A DNA stretch of 53,794 bases from Nemertoderma westbladi (GCA_032718475.1 JAUCBJ010003604.1:1-53794), one strand, 5' to 3'; counted from the first letter of the stretch, positions 25,601-37,824 are shown. The notes: generated by a model from the letters alone, not told the origin. A program made the numbers and translations.

Positions 25601-26782
25601 CAACGCAACCAGCAGGGCCGTCGTTCCTTCCAGGGCGCCCCGGAGTACTTCAGCGAGACTTCCAGTCTGGCCGAGTCCACATGCAGCTCATTGGGCGGGA
25701 CCTCCGCTACCATGGCAACCCGTAGGTCTACGTCCTCCGGTTTCACTAGGAAGGGCTCCCTTAGCAACGTGCGGCCCAATAAGACGGCGTTGCTAAGGGC
25801 CAGTCGGTTCGCTAGTAACGCAACGGAGAGCGGCTCTCCGGAGGTGAATAAAACTCCCAAAGGCGGGGCTATAAAGTCAGCGGGAAATAAAGTAGCCGTA
25901 CAGCGGACCGCGTCGAACCCAGTGAAGCTGCGGCGGATCGACCAACTCGCGATGCCCAAGACGTCAACGCCCCGCCCCGTAGCGCCCGCCGCGCCCACGG
26001 CGCCCGCACCACGGGGTCGTCCATCGCGATCCCGTTCCACCGCCAGCTCGGACAGCGAGACGGGCCGAGCCGCCGAGTCGCGAAGAGCTGTTAGCGCGCG
26101 GCGTCGCGGAGTCGCATCCCCGGGGTCCGAAGAGTCGGTCTACCGGACCCCGGAGCTGCGGGTCAGCGTGGGCGACCTCCGCGGCGCCGACGAGGTCGCC
26201 CGGGTGAGTCGGGCGGTCGCCCACGATATCGGGGCGCTGGCGAGTCGGGCGTCCGAGTCGCCGCCCGGGGTCCCGTACCGAACCGACGCGACGACCTCCT
26301 CCCCGGCCCCCCGCCGTCGGGGTTCCTTGGCGTCCCGAGACTCGCCCCGCCGCCCCGCCGCCCCCCACGGTCCCCCCTCCGGCACCCTGACCCCCGCTCG
26401 CTCGCTCTCCCCAACCCGGGGTCCCGACTCACTCGCCGACTTCGGGAACTCGTTCCGCGGATTCAACCAATTCGTTCTCAGTTCCACTAGTCAAAAAAGT
26501 TCGAAGCTATGCAAAGATATGGCGGAATTAGTTGGTCTGGTCGCTAAGGGGCGTCCTATTGGTTACCTAGACGACGATAGACCCTTAATGAAGGAGACTA
26601 ACGAGGAATTAGCGACGGTCTACTACAATCTACGGACGTTGGAGAAGCTAACAGTTGATTTGCGATTGGCGTTGCTGGGGAGTGGCCAATGCAATGGTGT
26701 ATATAATGGGTCGCCGTGCCAACCCGACAATATGAGCTCGGGCGGTGACTACAGTCCACTGGACGGCGAGGAATACTTCTGA
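22643..26782 (+). CDS. CEP170: Centrosomal protein CEP170-like (N-terminal FHA, disordered middle, CEP170_C), single exon, 1379 aa
   Basis: The N-terminus WCLTSTSG..DLDSANGTYVN..LRFGFD parallels the CEP170 FHA. SDSGTYT motif. C-terminal EVARVS and VLSS..PLMKETNEELATVYYNLRTLEK match CEP170_C as recalled. AATAAA lies just after the stop. Confidence 0.85.
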   Translation: METQHYWCLTSTSGSRVPLNSFRFLVGSGIKSSLRLHSSSVCEIHAELLYDYTQMSYLLTDLDSANGTYVNEHKLPANQQIPLKRYDTLRFGFDSDVYKMDILEEPTSPFKRANISEKSLTEATNITPDSTENIPISYWNQSKFPPLADHCLHTPPVTSCSTPSPYSTTPSNSSPSRNSSRSCKIIGDLTPSQHSLIQQFVSSSPRSDDASSRIPSVATLILEAPSLPATPESARVIHISNDDSTGLRSSPVIYSVDSPPSASHVPDDLSQTFHPIKDFHTDNKHSHRGGRDTDEDLNNSSVSSDCFPIPPHRQSSLRLQVSLDSKVTRDSQCIPVTRDSQYIPVPRDSQCIPVTRDSQCIPVTRDSQCIPVTRDSQYIPVPRDSQYIPVPLDPRATLFSSQGLNAIAAAYSCDDVFSATGKVSSLCLGPAGDRSRVEPARDRSRVEPARDHSWVEPARDRSRVEPAGDHSWVEPARDRSRVEPAGDHSWVEPARDRSRVEPTRPPTDISPIRRPVSFEISLDPSATDPPSKPSPQRSPAEVPELTPTRESADHAGRPESLSFTIGFDEDLRSSVRRPPSRLTRLVAPDEPKPTVKPGSANSSPVKQRNSANTSPIKSSKKPPSSPLLGKPAASPRPGHSPSRDRVRRTYTDPVPTYTDPVPTYTYTDPAPPHPHPGRLSPVALSDSGTYTKEFPSPIEFEFDVDSARLALDRAFPQPPSAPLRRPEVDLDSDTDSLEEPPSSTALWVRQTQEIMSQSVVMETQQGAGHNGPVATDHRSVATDHRSVATDHGSVAMDQGPVATDHRSVATDHGSVAMDQGPVATHHRSVAMDHGSVATDDVVVLRPHRVATPATRRDTYLVSGADQKRLDGMIERSRTPVAGPPAATPTGKRNDPGRLAAEASRRLSLMETEVRDKLLSADRKSWSPSNHHSTNQQRVAPNLSNHEPIRSKTRRSATDCKAVTPSNASPTVAKKPPGKVPVLCSRFQRNQQGRRSFQGAPEYFSETSSLAESTCSSLGGTSATMATRRSTSSGFTRKGSLSNVRPNKTALLRASRFASNATESGSPEVNKTPKGGAIKSAGNKVAVQRTASNPVKLRRIDQLAMPKTSTPRPVAPAAPTAPAPRGRPSRSRSTASSDSETGRAAESRRAVSARRRGVASPGSEESVYRTPELRVSVGDLRGADEVARVSRAVAHDIGALASRASESPPGVPYRTDATTSSPAPRRRGSLASRDSPRRPAAPHGPPSGTLTPARSLSPTRGPDSLADFGNSFRGFNQFVLSSTSQKSSKLCKDMAELVGLVAKGRPIGYLDDDRPLMKETNEELATVYYNLRTLEKLTVDLRLALLGSGQCNGVYNGSPCQPDNMSSGGDYSPLDGEEYF
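23622..23815 (+). repeat. 27-bp coding minisatellite (VTRDSQCIP, about 7 copies)
   Basis: gggattcccaatgcatccctgtcacga units. Confidence 0.95.
23932..24150 (+). repeat. 27-bp coding minisatellite (RDRSRVEPA, about 8 copies)
   Basis: agggaccgcagccgggttgaacccgct units. Confidence 0.95.
24589..24650 (+). repeat. 21-bp coding repeat (YTDPVPT, about 3 copies)
   Basis: tacacggacccggtcccaacg units. Confidence 0.85.
24955..25160 (+). repeat. 21-bp coding minisatellite (SVATDHR, about 10 copies)
   Basis: gttgctacggaccacaggtcg units. Confidence 0.95.
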
Positions 26783-27129
26783 AGATTAAAATAAAATATT
26801 TATTTTTTTTATTTCGATTAAAATATTTGTTATCTCCGCAGCTGCAATCAAGAGTTTGTTACCCGGGGAGGAATTTGTGCTAAAAGTAGATTTAATTCAT
26901 TTTAATTATAGTTCCCATTTTGACTAATTGTTTGTTTTTTTTAAACTAAATGGGACACAAATTCATTTATTTGCTATTTTTATCATCATTTTCATAGCTT
27001 CTTCTCCAAATGTTCATTTAAGTCCCCTCCCTAGTTGTTTGCGATGTTATAATGTTGAATTCAACAGATTTGTAAACTTTCTTTTATGGATGTATTTTTT
27101 GCCCGCGGTCATAAAATATAAATATATAT

Positions 27130-27824
27130 ATAAATCTAAACACTACCCAGTTGATCTGATTAATCGCGCGATTGTAGAGATTCGGAAAACGTCCTCAACT
27201 GAACTTCGAATCAAAAAGAAAAAGAACAGCCATGACATTGTCCCTTTCATTACTACATATAATCCAAATGTTATTATTCCGTTTCATAACATTATAAAAC
27301 CGGCCTACAACTTACTATCTGTGGGGAATGGGAGAATCGGGAACAATTTGAAAAATAAAAGACTAATCTGTGCGTTTAGACAACCTCCTTCACTAAAAAG
27401 CATTTTGGGCCGCCAAAAGAAAGTGATTACACCTGGCATTACTAAGTGCAAACACTCACTTTGTGACATTTGCGACATTTTAGTCGAGGGAGATAGCCTG
27501 ACTATGCAGAATGGGGAAACTTTTAAAATTAAACACGAACTTTCCTGCAGAAGCACCAATGTTGTATACGTCATGTATTGTCAGAACTGTCCCGAAACTT
27601 ATATTGGTCAGACCATGGACTTCAGACACCGAATTAATCTCCACAGAAACCAAATACTCAATGAACGTTATAGACATTTAAGGTGTAGCAAACACTTTCA
27701 CAACTGCGGGGAAAACCAATTTAAAGTGGCCCCATTCTTCTGTTGTCGACATGAAAACTTATTAGAAGGCTACGAACAACATTTCATTGATAAATACCAA
27801 CCTTCTTTGAACAGCCAACAATAG
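27130..27824 (+). mobile_element. Penelope-like element 3' fragment (GIY-YIG endonuclease)
   Basis: YP..INRAI, VPFITTYNP, AFRQPPSLKSIL, C..CDIC, SCRSTNVVYVMYC..C..YIGQT..RINLH, E..FI..PSLN. Confidence 0.9.
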
Positions 27825-28499
27825 AACTAAGAACCAATTGTTGTAAAGTGGGCCCAGTTTTTGTCGATCTCATAAACTATATAAACCTTATTGAGTTTCC
27901 AATAATGTTACTTTATTATTTTTAAACCAGACGTTCTGAAGATTTTGAAATGCATTAACGTTTTTAATATCTGGTTTACTTATTTATTTGTTTTTAATTA
28001 CTTTTAATAATTTAATGTTTAATGATCATAATTATATTGCCATGTAAATTTTGAATTTTTTAACTATAAATCTAAATATATAGATATATTCATATGTATG
28101 AATAAATACGTCTTCAATTTCATATACTATAAAGTGCAGTGGGTCATGGTAGTTACTAATTCTAGTTCGGTAATATAAATTTGGGCATTCTTTCATTTAA
28201 ACAATTTTGAATTACACTTAGTTTGGTGCACCCACCTGTGCAGTCGCCGAAATTGTAATCGAATGCCCCCGCCCCTCCCCCCCGACCTAGAAATTCCCGG
28301 TAACCTATACCGGTACACTTTTATATATAACTTAATAAATAAACCAATTGATTTAACAACGGTGCTTAAAATCATTGAATTTGAGTTGAACGGCATTCCT
28401 CGGTCTCTCAGCTTTATAGTAAATAAATATCGAGAATAAACTGTTGTAATCTTATTTATTAATCAGAATCATCAAATCAGAAAATTAATTATCTTTAAG

Positions 28500-28993
28500 G
28501 TACTGGTATGTAACCGGTATGGTACGGTAAGGTACCGGTATGTAACCGGTATGGTACGGTAAGGTACCGGTATGTAACCGGTATGGTACGGTAAGGTACC
28601 GGGATGTAACCGGTATGGTACGGTAAGGTACCGGGATGTAACCGGTATGGTACGGTAAGGTACCGGTATGTAACCGGTATGGTACGGTAAGGTACCGGTA
28701 TGTAACCGGTATGGTACGGTAAGGTACCGGGATGTAACCGGTATGGTACGGTAAGGTACCGGGATGTAACCGGTATGGTACGGTAAGGTACCGGTATGTA
28801 ACCGGTATGGTACGGTAAGGTACCGGTATGTAACCGGTATGGTACGGTAAGGTACCGGGATGTAACCGGTATGGTACCGTAAGGTACCGGGATGTAACCG
28901 GTATGGTACGGTAAGGTACCGGGATGTAACCGGTATGGTACGGTAAGGTACCGGTATGTAACCGGTATGGTACCGTAAGGTACCGGGATGTAA
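28500..28993. repeat. 32-bp minisatellite, about 15 copies
   Basis: gtaccgg(t/g)atgtaaccggtatggtacggtaag. Confidence 0.97.
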
Positions 28994-29285
28994 CAATTAA
29001 TTATCTTTAAGGTACCGGAATGAACAGTTATTATAAATCATTATGTTTGCTTCTATCATTAGTAAATATGGATTCGATCTGTTTGAATTATTAATAATTT
29101 ATCTGTTTAACAAGTTATTTTCAGTAAATTTATTTACGTTCCGTTTATATCTGTTGAAATCACTGTTTTTGTTAAATTTGATAACCTACAATAATATTAA
29201 TGTAAATATTTCAAGAGTTATCTTTTCCAGGCCATGACAGCGGAAATCCTACTAGATGTATAACTTTCTATAGTTTTATCAGTTA

Positions 29286-29813
29286 GGAGGCGTTCATCAA
29301 ATATGTCACGCACTGGGGGGGGGGGGGGGGGGGGGGGTTGAGCTTGCGTGACACATTGTGACAGAGGGGGAGGTGGGTGTCGACTTTTGTGACAGTCACG
29401 GCGATGTTGCTTTAGTATTAGCTTTATTTTCACTTTGACTGAACACACAGTGGGTAACTTAAGGAAAAAAATCTACTCAATAACATTGAGTATAATAGAG
29501 TATGATGGATAAATTGAGGAGGACATGAAGACATTGACTCCGACTCTGTGATACCTGTTAACAATATAGATTAACACTTGACTTGCCCGTGGGGAAATGT
29601 AGATATTGTGGTTGTGATTGAATTATTTATATTGTATTTTGGCATAACAAACATTGTGTATTATTGATATAAAATGTTTGTCGTCTGTGGTGAGGGGGGG
29701 GGGGGGGGGGGGGGGGTGGTTTCGAGTTTGCGTGACACTTTGTGACAGAGGGGGGGGGGGGGGGGGGGGATTTAGCGTGGAAAATTAGCGTGACAAACTT
29801 TATGAACGCCCCC
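29286..29813. mobile_element. PIF/Harbinger-type MITE
   Basis: TIRs ggaggcgttcat..tgtcacgc / gcgtgaca..atgaacgccccc; TTA on both flanks; internal poly-G. Confidence 0.8.
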
Positions 29814-30044
29814 TTACTGCAAAAAAATCTGTTTAATATATATGGCCATTGCATTCTCATTGATGTCTTCGGTAAATTAATTAACACAATAAGACAATAT
29901 ATTTTATATACAACAGCAGCAATTAAATACAATTGAAATGGTACCAAATCAATAATCTCGAATTTAAAGTTATAAATCCATTGACTTACACTCATTTAGA
30001 CTTGTTGACCATATAAACTAGATAAAATTTAGCAAAGTCTGTTA

Positions 30045-30548
30045 GGGGCCGTCCAAGTATGACGTCAGCACTTTAGGGGGGGGGGGGGAAATCTGATGAC
30101 GTGCTGATGAGGGGAGGGGAGGGGGTCAGCCAAAATCTGACGTCAGCATGTTCATTTATAGTGCTAGAAGAGATATAGCAGAAGAGTAAATAGCTTGCCT
30201 ATTTTAATTGTTCGAAGCCCCCGAAGGCCCGTAGCACGACCTTCTGTTTCAGTGATTAGGACGCGTGCTACTGGGGTACTGGGGTTCGCCTGAAAATTAA
30301 ACATTAATCCTAATCCTATTATAATATTAATTTTTCTATAATTATATAATTCATAATTTGATTAAAAATAATAATTTAATGATTTACAAGTGATTATAAA
30401 TAATCTTCATAATATAATAGTTTATTACAAAATTATTTTTAAATCTGATTTAGGGGAGGGGCAACGCCTATCTGATGACACCTGATTTAGGGGAGGGAGG
30501 GGGTCAACAATGTGGGGAAAAGTGCAGACGTCATACTTGGACGGCCCC
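30045..30548. mobile_element. PIF/Harbinger-type MITE
   Basis: Perfect 22-bp TIR ggggccgtccaagtatgacgtc; TTA target-site duplication. Confidence 0.9.
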
Positions 30549-30904
30549 TTATTAGTTTGTTGTATAAACTGCAATAATAGGCCACCAAGGAATTGTATAT
30601 ATAAATTAAATCATACAACTGGACATCTTAGCAGCGGTATATTATTATTAATTACCATTGTTTGTTCCGAAGTGTAGCGATGCTGATGGGATTTATTGTC
30701 TATTTAATATGTTTTATTTTGTTTAAATTTTTGAAAATTTGCTATTTTTATTTATTTGTATCTCTCAATAACACACATTTAGCTAATAACTTTGTCTTTT
30801 TTTATGTTAGTTGATTCAAAGTCAAACCATTGAAATATTTTCACAGGTTACATAATAACTATTTATTTTCAAAAAGAAAGTTTAATTTTTTGTCCCACTT
30901 AATA

Positions 30905-32026
30905 AACGGCATTTTCGAGGAAAGCATATTTTTGTCGAGGCCGAAGGCCGCATTATTGTATACTATTATATATCGCTTTTACTATTGTTTTAAAGTTGCC
31001 CCCCTCACACGGAGCAACTTGTTTCTGTGTGTAAGAGGGTCCAGCAACAAATTTCAGAAAGAAATCTATAAAGGTCTAAATTTTTAAATAATTACCATGG
31101 TAATTACTAATTACTGTTCTAAAATATATCATGCGAAATTAAGACAATAAAATTCTAGCTAGATCATTCATTGGATACATATATTTTATTATCCGCATTT
31201 TTGGAAGATTCATTGGATAATTGCTTTTATTCCTAAATTGTAACTTTTTCGCTCGAATATAGTAATATATTACTATACCCTAATACCTAATACCCTATAC
31301 TTAACTCAGAAGAACAGGCTTCACAAGGGAAAAAAAGTAACCCATAGGATTGCATTGATTTTACTTTTTTTCCCGGCGAAAAAAAGTGAAGTAAAATATT
31401 TTTGGGTGGAATTTCTTAAATTTTATTACATGTGTTGAAAGAACATCAAAGTAGAAAAGGTTTCCACGTAATTTGAGCGAAATCCATTCACACACTCAAA
31501 GGTTATTGCAACTTTAGTGTCTACAAGGCGAACTCCAAAACGGACTCAATATCCAATATTGGTTTATGTTGTTAAGTTTATGTTATGTTATGTTATTGTT
31601 AAGGTTTATGCTCTTTAGATACGTAATAAATATTCGAGAACACTAAATTATTTAACATTGACTTTTTGAGTAAGGCAGCATCAGGAGTTAAAGAACAATA
31701 AATGCAATATAGTAAAATACTACACAGTTCAATTTATTTTTTAACACTACTTACTGAACTGTAGTATATCGCTCTATCTTTTATTAAAGAATCCATAAAA
31801 AAAAATTTCAAATTTAAGAAAAAAATTACGTTTTACTTGGGGAAAAAGAACATTATTTTTTCAATATTCCCTCGACCCTTTATTTACCTCGCTGGGGCTC
31901 GGCAAATAAAATGGCATGTAATACATATTTATTTCGTCCATCTTATAAACCGCAGTTCCTTGAAATAGTAAAAGCATTTTTTTCTCAGTCTTCGGCCTCG
32001 AAAAATATGTTGCTTTGAAAATACGT
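30905..32026. mobile_element. Decayed non-autonomous DNA element with inverted ends
   Basis: catatttttgtcgaggccgaag (~30925) inverted with cttcggcctcgaaaaatatg (~31990). Confidence 0.4.
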
Positions 32027-32461
32027 ATTATAAAGTCAGACAAAATTTTTTTTATAAATAGTTTAAGTTATAATGAATAGTTATTAGTTATTTGGAAATT
32101 ATATACATGGATTTAAATATATCTTAGTGTTAATACTGCTGCTATTCATAAGAGTCAACCAATGTGATTAATTAGAAGCAGATAAATTTGTTTTATAAAT
32201 AAAAATTCCGTTGTTTTACAATTATTATCTGTTTCGCTTCATTTCTGGCTAGAAAATTTTTAATTTAAGAGGGACTTTACCTTTTAAGAGACACCGCTTT
32301 TTTTGAGGATTAAAAGAGTTTTGTTTGTATTTTTGACTTGAAATTATGCAAATATATGTATTAGTAAGTTCTTATGATATTTTTCATGGCAAAAATTGAA
32401 ATTTGAATTTCCCGCCAATTTTATTCAGATTTTTCTGAAAAAAGGGTGGCATTTTTCTAAA

Positions 32462-32748
32462 TCTATCTACTCCGTCATTTTTTCAATGAATTCGTTTGAA
32501 CTTTTCAGTAAATGGTCTTGGCATATTGGCCAATAAAACTTGTAGACAGTTTGATCAGAATTATAGTTAATGTTAACTAAAAAATATAATGTGTTTTATT
32601 TTTGGCCGATATTTTTTCATATTAACGGCTGCGGCTCAAAATATAACTTTCACTCAAAATTTTGTCTACAAGTTTTATTGGTTAATATGTCATGACCATT
32701 CACTGAAAATTTCAAACGAATTTATTAAAAAATGACGGAGTAAATAGG
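32462..32748. repeat. About 85-bp imperfect inverted repeat
   Basis: tactccgtcatttttt..ccaataaaacttgtagaca versus tgtctacaagttttattgg..aaaaaatgacggagta. Confidence 0.85.
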
Positions 32749-33206
32749 TTTTGAGTGAAGGAAATAATGAGAAATAATATTCTGAGTAAAATGCGTTTAA
32801 AGTTTGAACCTTCCCGCGCAAATTGGTCAGTCTCTCTGTGACAACCAAATGAATTAATTTATATAGTTATATATGAATGTTTTTAGGGAAGCAGATAGCT
32901 GGAATGTTCACTACGGGGGTTTTCGGGCTCGCTGATTTCAATTCTGATGTCAGTTTTCAAGTTTGGCCAAATCTGGTCTGTCTATCTAGCTAGCTGTCTG
33001 TCGGAATGTCTGTCTGTCTGTTGGTTTGTCCGTCAAAATATAGTAAATCACACGGAATATCTATAAGTTTCGCTATGGGGGTTTTCCTGGTCAGTGATGT
33101 CATTTACGATGTCAGTTTTGATTTTTGGTTGAATTTTGTCTCTCTATTTATTAGTCAGGCTGTCTCTCGGTCTGTCTTTCTGTCTGTTCGAATGCCGGTC
33201 AACATA

Positions 33207-35740
33207 AAAAACACACATTGTAGCACACGTTATGTGTGTAAAACACACATTGTAGCACACAAAACATGTGTTATTTGTGTAAAACACTCATTGTAGCACA
33301 CAAAACATGTGTTATGTGTGTAAAACACACATTGTAGCACACAACACATGTGTTATGTGTGTAAAACACACATTGTAGCACACAAAACATGTGTTATGTG
33401 TGTAAAACACACATTGTAGCACACAAAACATGTGTTATGTGTGTAAAACACACATTATAGCACACAAAACTTGTGTGATGTGTAAAACACACATTGTAGC
33501 GCAAAAAACATGTGTTATGTGTGTAAAACACACATTGTAGCACACAAAACATGTGTTATGTGAGTAAAACACACATTGTAGCACACAAAACATTGTAGCA
33601 CACAAAACATGTGTTATGTGTGTAAAACACACATTGTTGATTGTTACACACAAAACATGTGTTATGTGTGTAAAACAGACATTGTAGCACAGAAAATCAT
33701 GCGTTATGTGTGTAAAACACACAGTTGTAGCACACAAAACATGTGTTATGTGTGTAAAACACACATTGTAGCACACAAAACATGTGTTATGTGTGTAAAA
33801 CACACATTGTAGCACACAAACCATGTGTTTATGTGTGTAAAACAGACATTGTAGCACACAAATCATGTGTTATGTGTGTAAAACACACATTGTAGCACAC
33901 AAAACGTGTGTTATGTGTGTAAAACACACATTGTAGCACACAAAACATGTGTTATGTGTGTAAAACACACATTATAGCACACAAGACTTGTGTGATGTGT
34001 GTAAAACACACATTGTAGTGCAAAAAACATGTATTATGTGTGTAAAACACACATTGTAGCACACAAAACATGTGTTATGTGTGTAAAACACACATTGTAG
34101 CACACAAAACATGTGTTATGTGTGTAAAACACACATTGTAGTACACAAAACATGTGTTATGTGTGTAAAACACACATTGTAGCACACAAAACATGTGTTA
34201 TGTGTGTAAAACAGACATTGTAGCACACAAATCATGTGTTATGTGTGTAAAACACACATTGTAGCACACAAAACATGTGTTATGTGTGTAAGACACACAT
34301 TGTAGCACACAAAACATGTGTTATGTGTGTAAAACACACATTATAGCACACAAAACTTGTGTGATGTGTGTAAAACACACATTGTAGCGCAAAAAACATG
34401 TGTTATGTGTGTAAAACACACATTGTAGCACACAAAACATGTATTATGTGTGTAAAACACACATTGTAGCACACAAAACATGTGTTATGTGTGTAAAACA
34501 CACATTGTAGCACACAAAACATGTCTTATGTGTGTAAAACACACATTATAGCACACAAAACTTGTGTGATGTGTGTAAAACACACATTGTAGCGCAAAAA
34601 ACATGTGTTATGTGTGTAAAACACACATTGTAGCACACAAAACATGTGTTATGTGTGTAAAACACACATTGTAGCACACAAAACATGTGTTATGTGTGTA
34701 AAACACACATTGTAGCACACAAAACATGTGTTATGTGTGTAAAACACACATTGTAGCACACAAAACATGTCTTATGTGTGTAAAACACACATTATAGCAC
34801 ACAAAACTTGTGTGATGTGTGTAAAACACACATTGTAGCGCAAAAAACATGTGTTATGTGTGTAAAACACACATTGTAGCACACAAAACATGTGTTATGT
34901 GTGTAAAACACACATTGTAGCACACAAAACATGTGTTATGTGTGTAAAACACACATTGTAGCACACAAAACATGTGTTATGTGTGTAAAACACACATTAT
35001 AGCACACAAAACTTGTGTGATGTGTGTAAAACACACATTGTAGCGCAAAAACATGTGTTATGTGTGTAAAACACACATTGTAGCACACAAAACATGTGTT
35101 ATGTGTGTAAAACACACATTGTAGCACACAAAACATGTGTTATGTGTGTAAAACACACATTGTAGCACACAAAACATGTGTTATGTGTGTAAAACACACA
35201 TTATAGCACACAAAACTTGTGTGATGTGTGTAAAACACACATTGTAGCGCAAAAAACATGTGTTATGTGTGTAAAACACACATTGTAGCACACAAAACAT
35301 GTGTTATGTGTGTAAAACACACATTGTAGCACACAAAACATGTGTTATGTGTGTAAAACACACATTGTAGCACACAAAACATGTGTTATGTGTGTAAAAC
35401 ACACATTGTAGCACACAAAACATGTCTTATGTGTGTAAAACACACATTATCGCACACAAAACTTGTGTGATGTGTGTAAAACACACATTGTAGCGCAAAA
35501 AACATGTGTTATGTGTGTAAAACACACATTGTAGCACACAAAACATGTGTTATGTGTGTAAAACACACATTGTAGCGCAAAAAACATGTGTTATGTGTGT
35601 AAAACACACATTGTAGCACACAAAACATGTGTTGTGTGTGTAAAACACACATTGTAGCACACAAAACATGTGTTATGTGTGTAAAACACACATTGTAGCA
35701 CACAAAACATATATTATGTGTGTAAAACACACATTGTAGC
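33207..35740. repeat. 41-bp satellite, about 62 copies, with higher-order structure
   Basis: aaaacacacattgtagcacacaaaacatgtgttatgtgtgt. Confidence 0.98.
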
Positions 35741-36088
35741 TACATTTTCATTATTATTATTAACTTTAACTTTATTTTCCAAAGAGGAATAGTTTCGTTA
35801 TTATATAAAACTGCCACCATCCCAAATATGAACTGCTTACTATGTTACTAAAGATATAGATGTAAACCGTGTATAAAGCGCGTAGGGCCTACATACTGTA
35901 TAAGCTGCACTAAAGGATTCAAATTCAACTTATTTAATTACAAAAAACACGAAGAGCGCCACACATTTAGACATTCGTAAATCGTACCACACGCACACAC
36001 CCACGCACTTACCCAATCCCTACATACCAAACAAATAATTGAGAGAGCAAAACAGCAATGGTGAAGATTATATTAAATCCAAAGTAAT

Positions 36089-36952
36089 GTACAATACTAA
36101 GGTAGGGAGGCGCAAGGAAAAGTACAATACTAGGTAGGGAGGCGCAAGGAAAAGTACAATACTAGGTAGGGAGGCGCAAGGAAAAGTACAATACTAGGTA
36201 GGGAGGCGCAAGGAAAAGTACAATACTAGGTAGGGAGGCGCAAGGAAAAGTACAATACTAGGTAGGGAGGCGCAAGGAAAAGTACAATACTAGGTAGGGA
36301 GGCGCAAGGAAAAGTATAATACTAGGTAGGGAGGCGCAAGGAAAAGTACAATACTAGGTAGGGAGGCGCAAGGAAAAGTACAATACTAGGTAGGGAGGCG
36401 CAAGGAAAAGTACAATACTAGGTAGGGAGGCGCAAGGAAAAGTACAATACTAGGTAGGGAGGCGCAAGGAAAAGTACAATACTAGGTAGGGAGGCGCAAG
36501 GAAAAGTACAATACTAGGTAGGGAGGCGCAAGGAAAAGTACAATACTAGGTAGGGAGGCGCAAGGAAAAGTACAATACTAGGTAGGGAGGCGCAAGGAAA
36601 AGTACAATACTAGGTAGGGAGGCGCAAGGAAAAGTACAATACTAGGTAGGGAGGCGCAAGGAAAAGTACAATACTAGGTAGGGAGGCGCAAGGAAAAGTA
36701 CAATCTAGGTAGGGAGGCGCAAGGAAAAGTACAATACTAGGTAGGGAGGCGCAAGGAAAAGTACAATACTAGGTAGGGAGGCGCAAGGAAAAGTACAATA
36801 CTAGGTAGGGAGGCGCAAGGAAAAGTACAATACTAGGTAGGGAGGCGCAAGGAAAAGTACAATACTAGGTAGGGAGGCGCAAGGAAAAGTACAATACTAG
36901 GTAGGGAGGCGCAAGGAAAAGTACAATACTAGGTAGGGAGGCGCAAGGAAAA
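36089..36952. repeat. 32-bp satellite, about 27 near-identical copies
   Basis: aggtagggaggcgcaaggaaaagtacaatact. Confidence 0.98.
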
Positions 36953-37824
36953 TTCATTTCATTAAATAATTAAACTTTACATCATCTGGTAACGATTCAA
37001 ATAATTCCATATTTTTACTAGAATTTTAAATAGAATATTCCTAATGTGGTTGATTTTCTCACAGTATACAGTATAAGAATATGGGATTCATCCTCAATCG
37101 AACCAGATTGACAAAAGCGACAAATACGCTCACTATGGGGGTTTGCGGGGTCGCTGATTTCATTTACGATGTCAGTTTTGATGTTCGGCAAAATCTAGTC
37201 TGTTTGTTTGTTGGGAAACACATTTTTTTGCGACAACAATGTTAATTTGATTTTTATGGAAACATATGCCACAGTAAAGTCATAATATCTCCCAAACTAA
37301 ACATGTTGAGTGAGAAGTCATAACACATATCGGATTCGTCATTAAATTCTGCACAAAAATCGACAAAAACTATGATTTTTGCATTTTTATCCTAAAATGG
37401 TAAAGCCCCCCCCCCCCCCCCCCCCTTTAGCCTTAAGTAATCCTTTTCGAAACATATTATACTGGTTTAGCTTATTTTAAATATTACTTCGCTGATATTG
37501 AATGTGTCTGATATTGATTTCTGTGTACTTACCATTACCACCATATATTTCCGCATTTCATTATGGAAACCACAATTTCTTTTTATAATTTTAGCATTCG
37601 CGTTATTGCTATCCTATTTTTATTTATTTCTTAATCATTTGATTTACAATATGAGATAAAATCATCAGCTTTTAGCTTCTGTTTTATATGTAAAGTAAAT
37701 AATTATTGTTATTTAATTATAACTATCGTAATGAATATTGAATAAAAAATATTTCATTTCACAGTGTGAGTTACTGTTAATGTAGCACTTTATACTACAA
37801 GTAGAAGATATAGTTAGCGCATTG

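Larger units (their letters stand above)
32905..37215. mobile_element. Helentron/HINE-like repeat modules bracketing two satellites
   Basis: Three copies of (c/t)tc(a/g)cta(c/t)gggggttt..ggtcgctgatttca..gatgtcagtttt plus a (TCTG)n-like tract at ~32907, ~33069 and ~37129. Confidence 0.4.

Noticed and set aside
23268-26487. Many overlapping and antisense ORFs in the CEP170-like genes (also 47811-50027)
   Set aside because: Shadow ORFs of GC-rich, repetitive coding sequence.
26928-27129. Hydrophobic N-terminus on the Penelope ORF
   Set aside because: AT-rich flank that is fortuitously open; TTG start; homology begins near 27130.
28472-28996. 174-aa repetitive ORF
   Set aside because: Translation of a 32-bp minisatellite.
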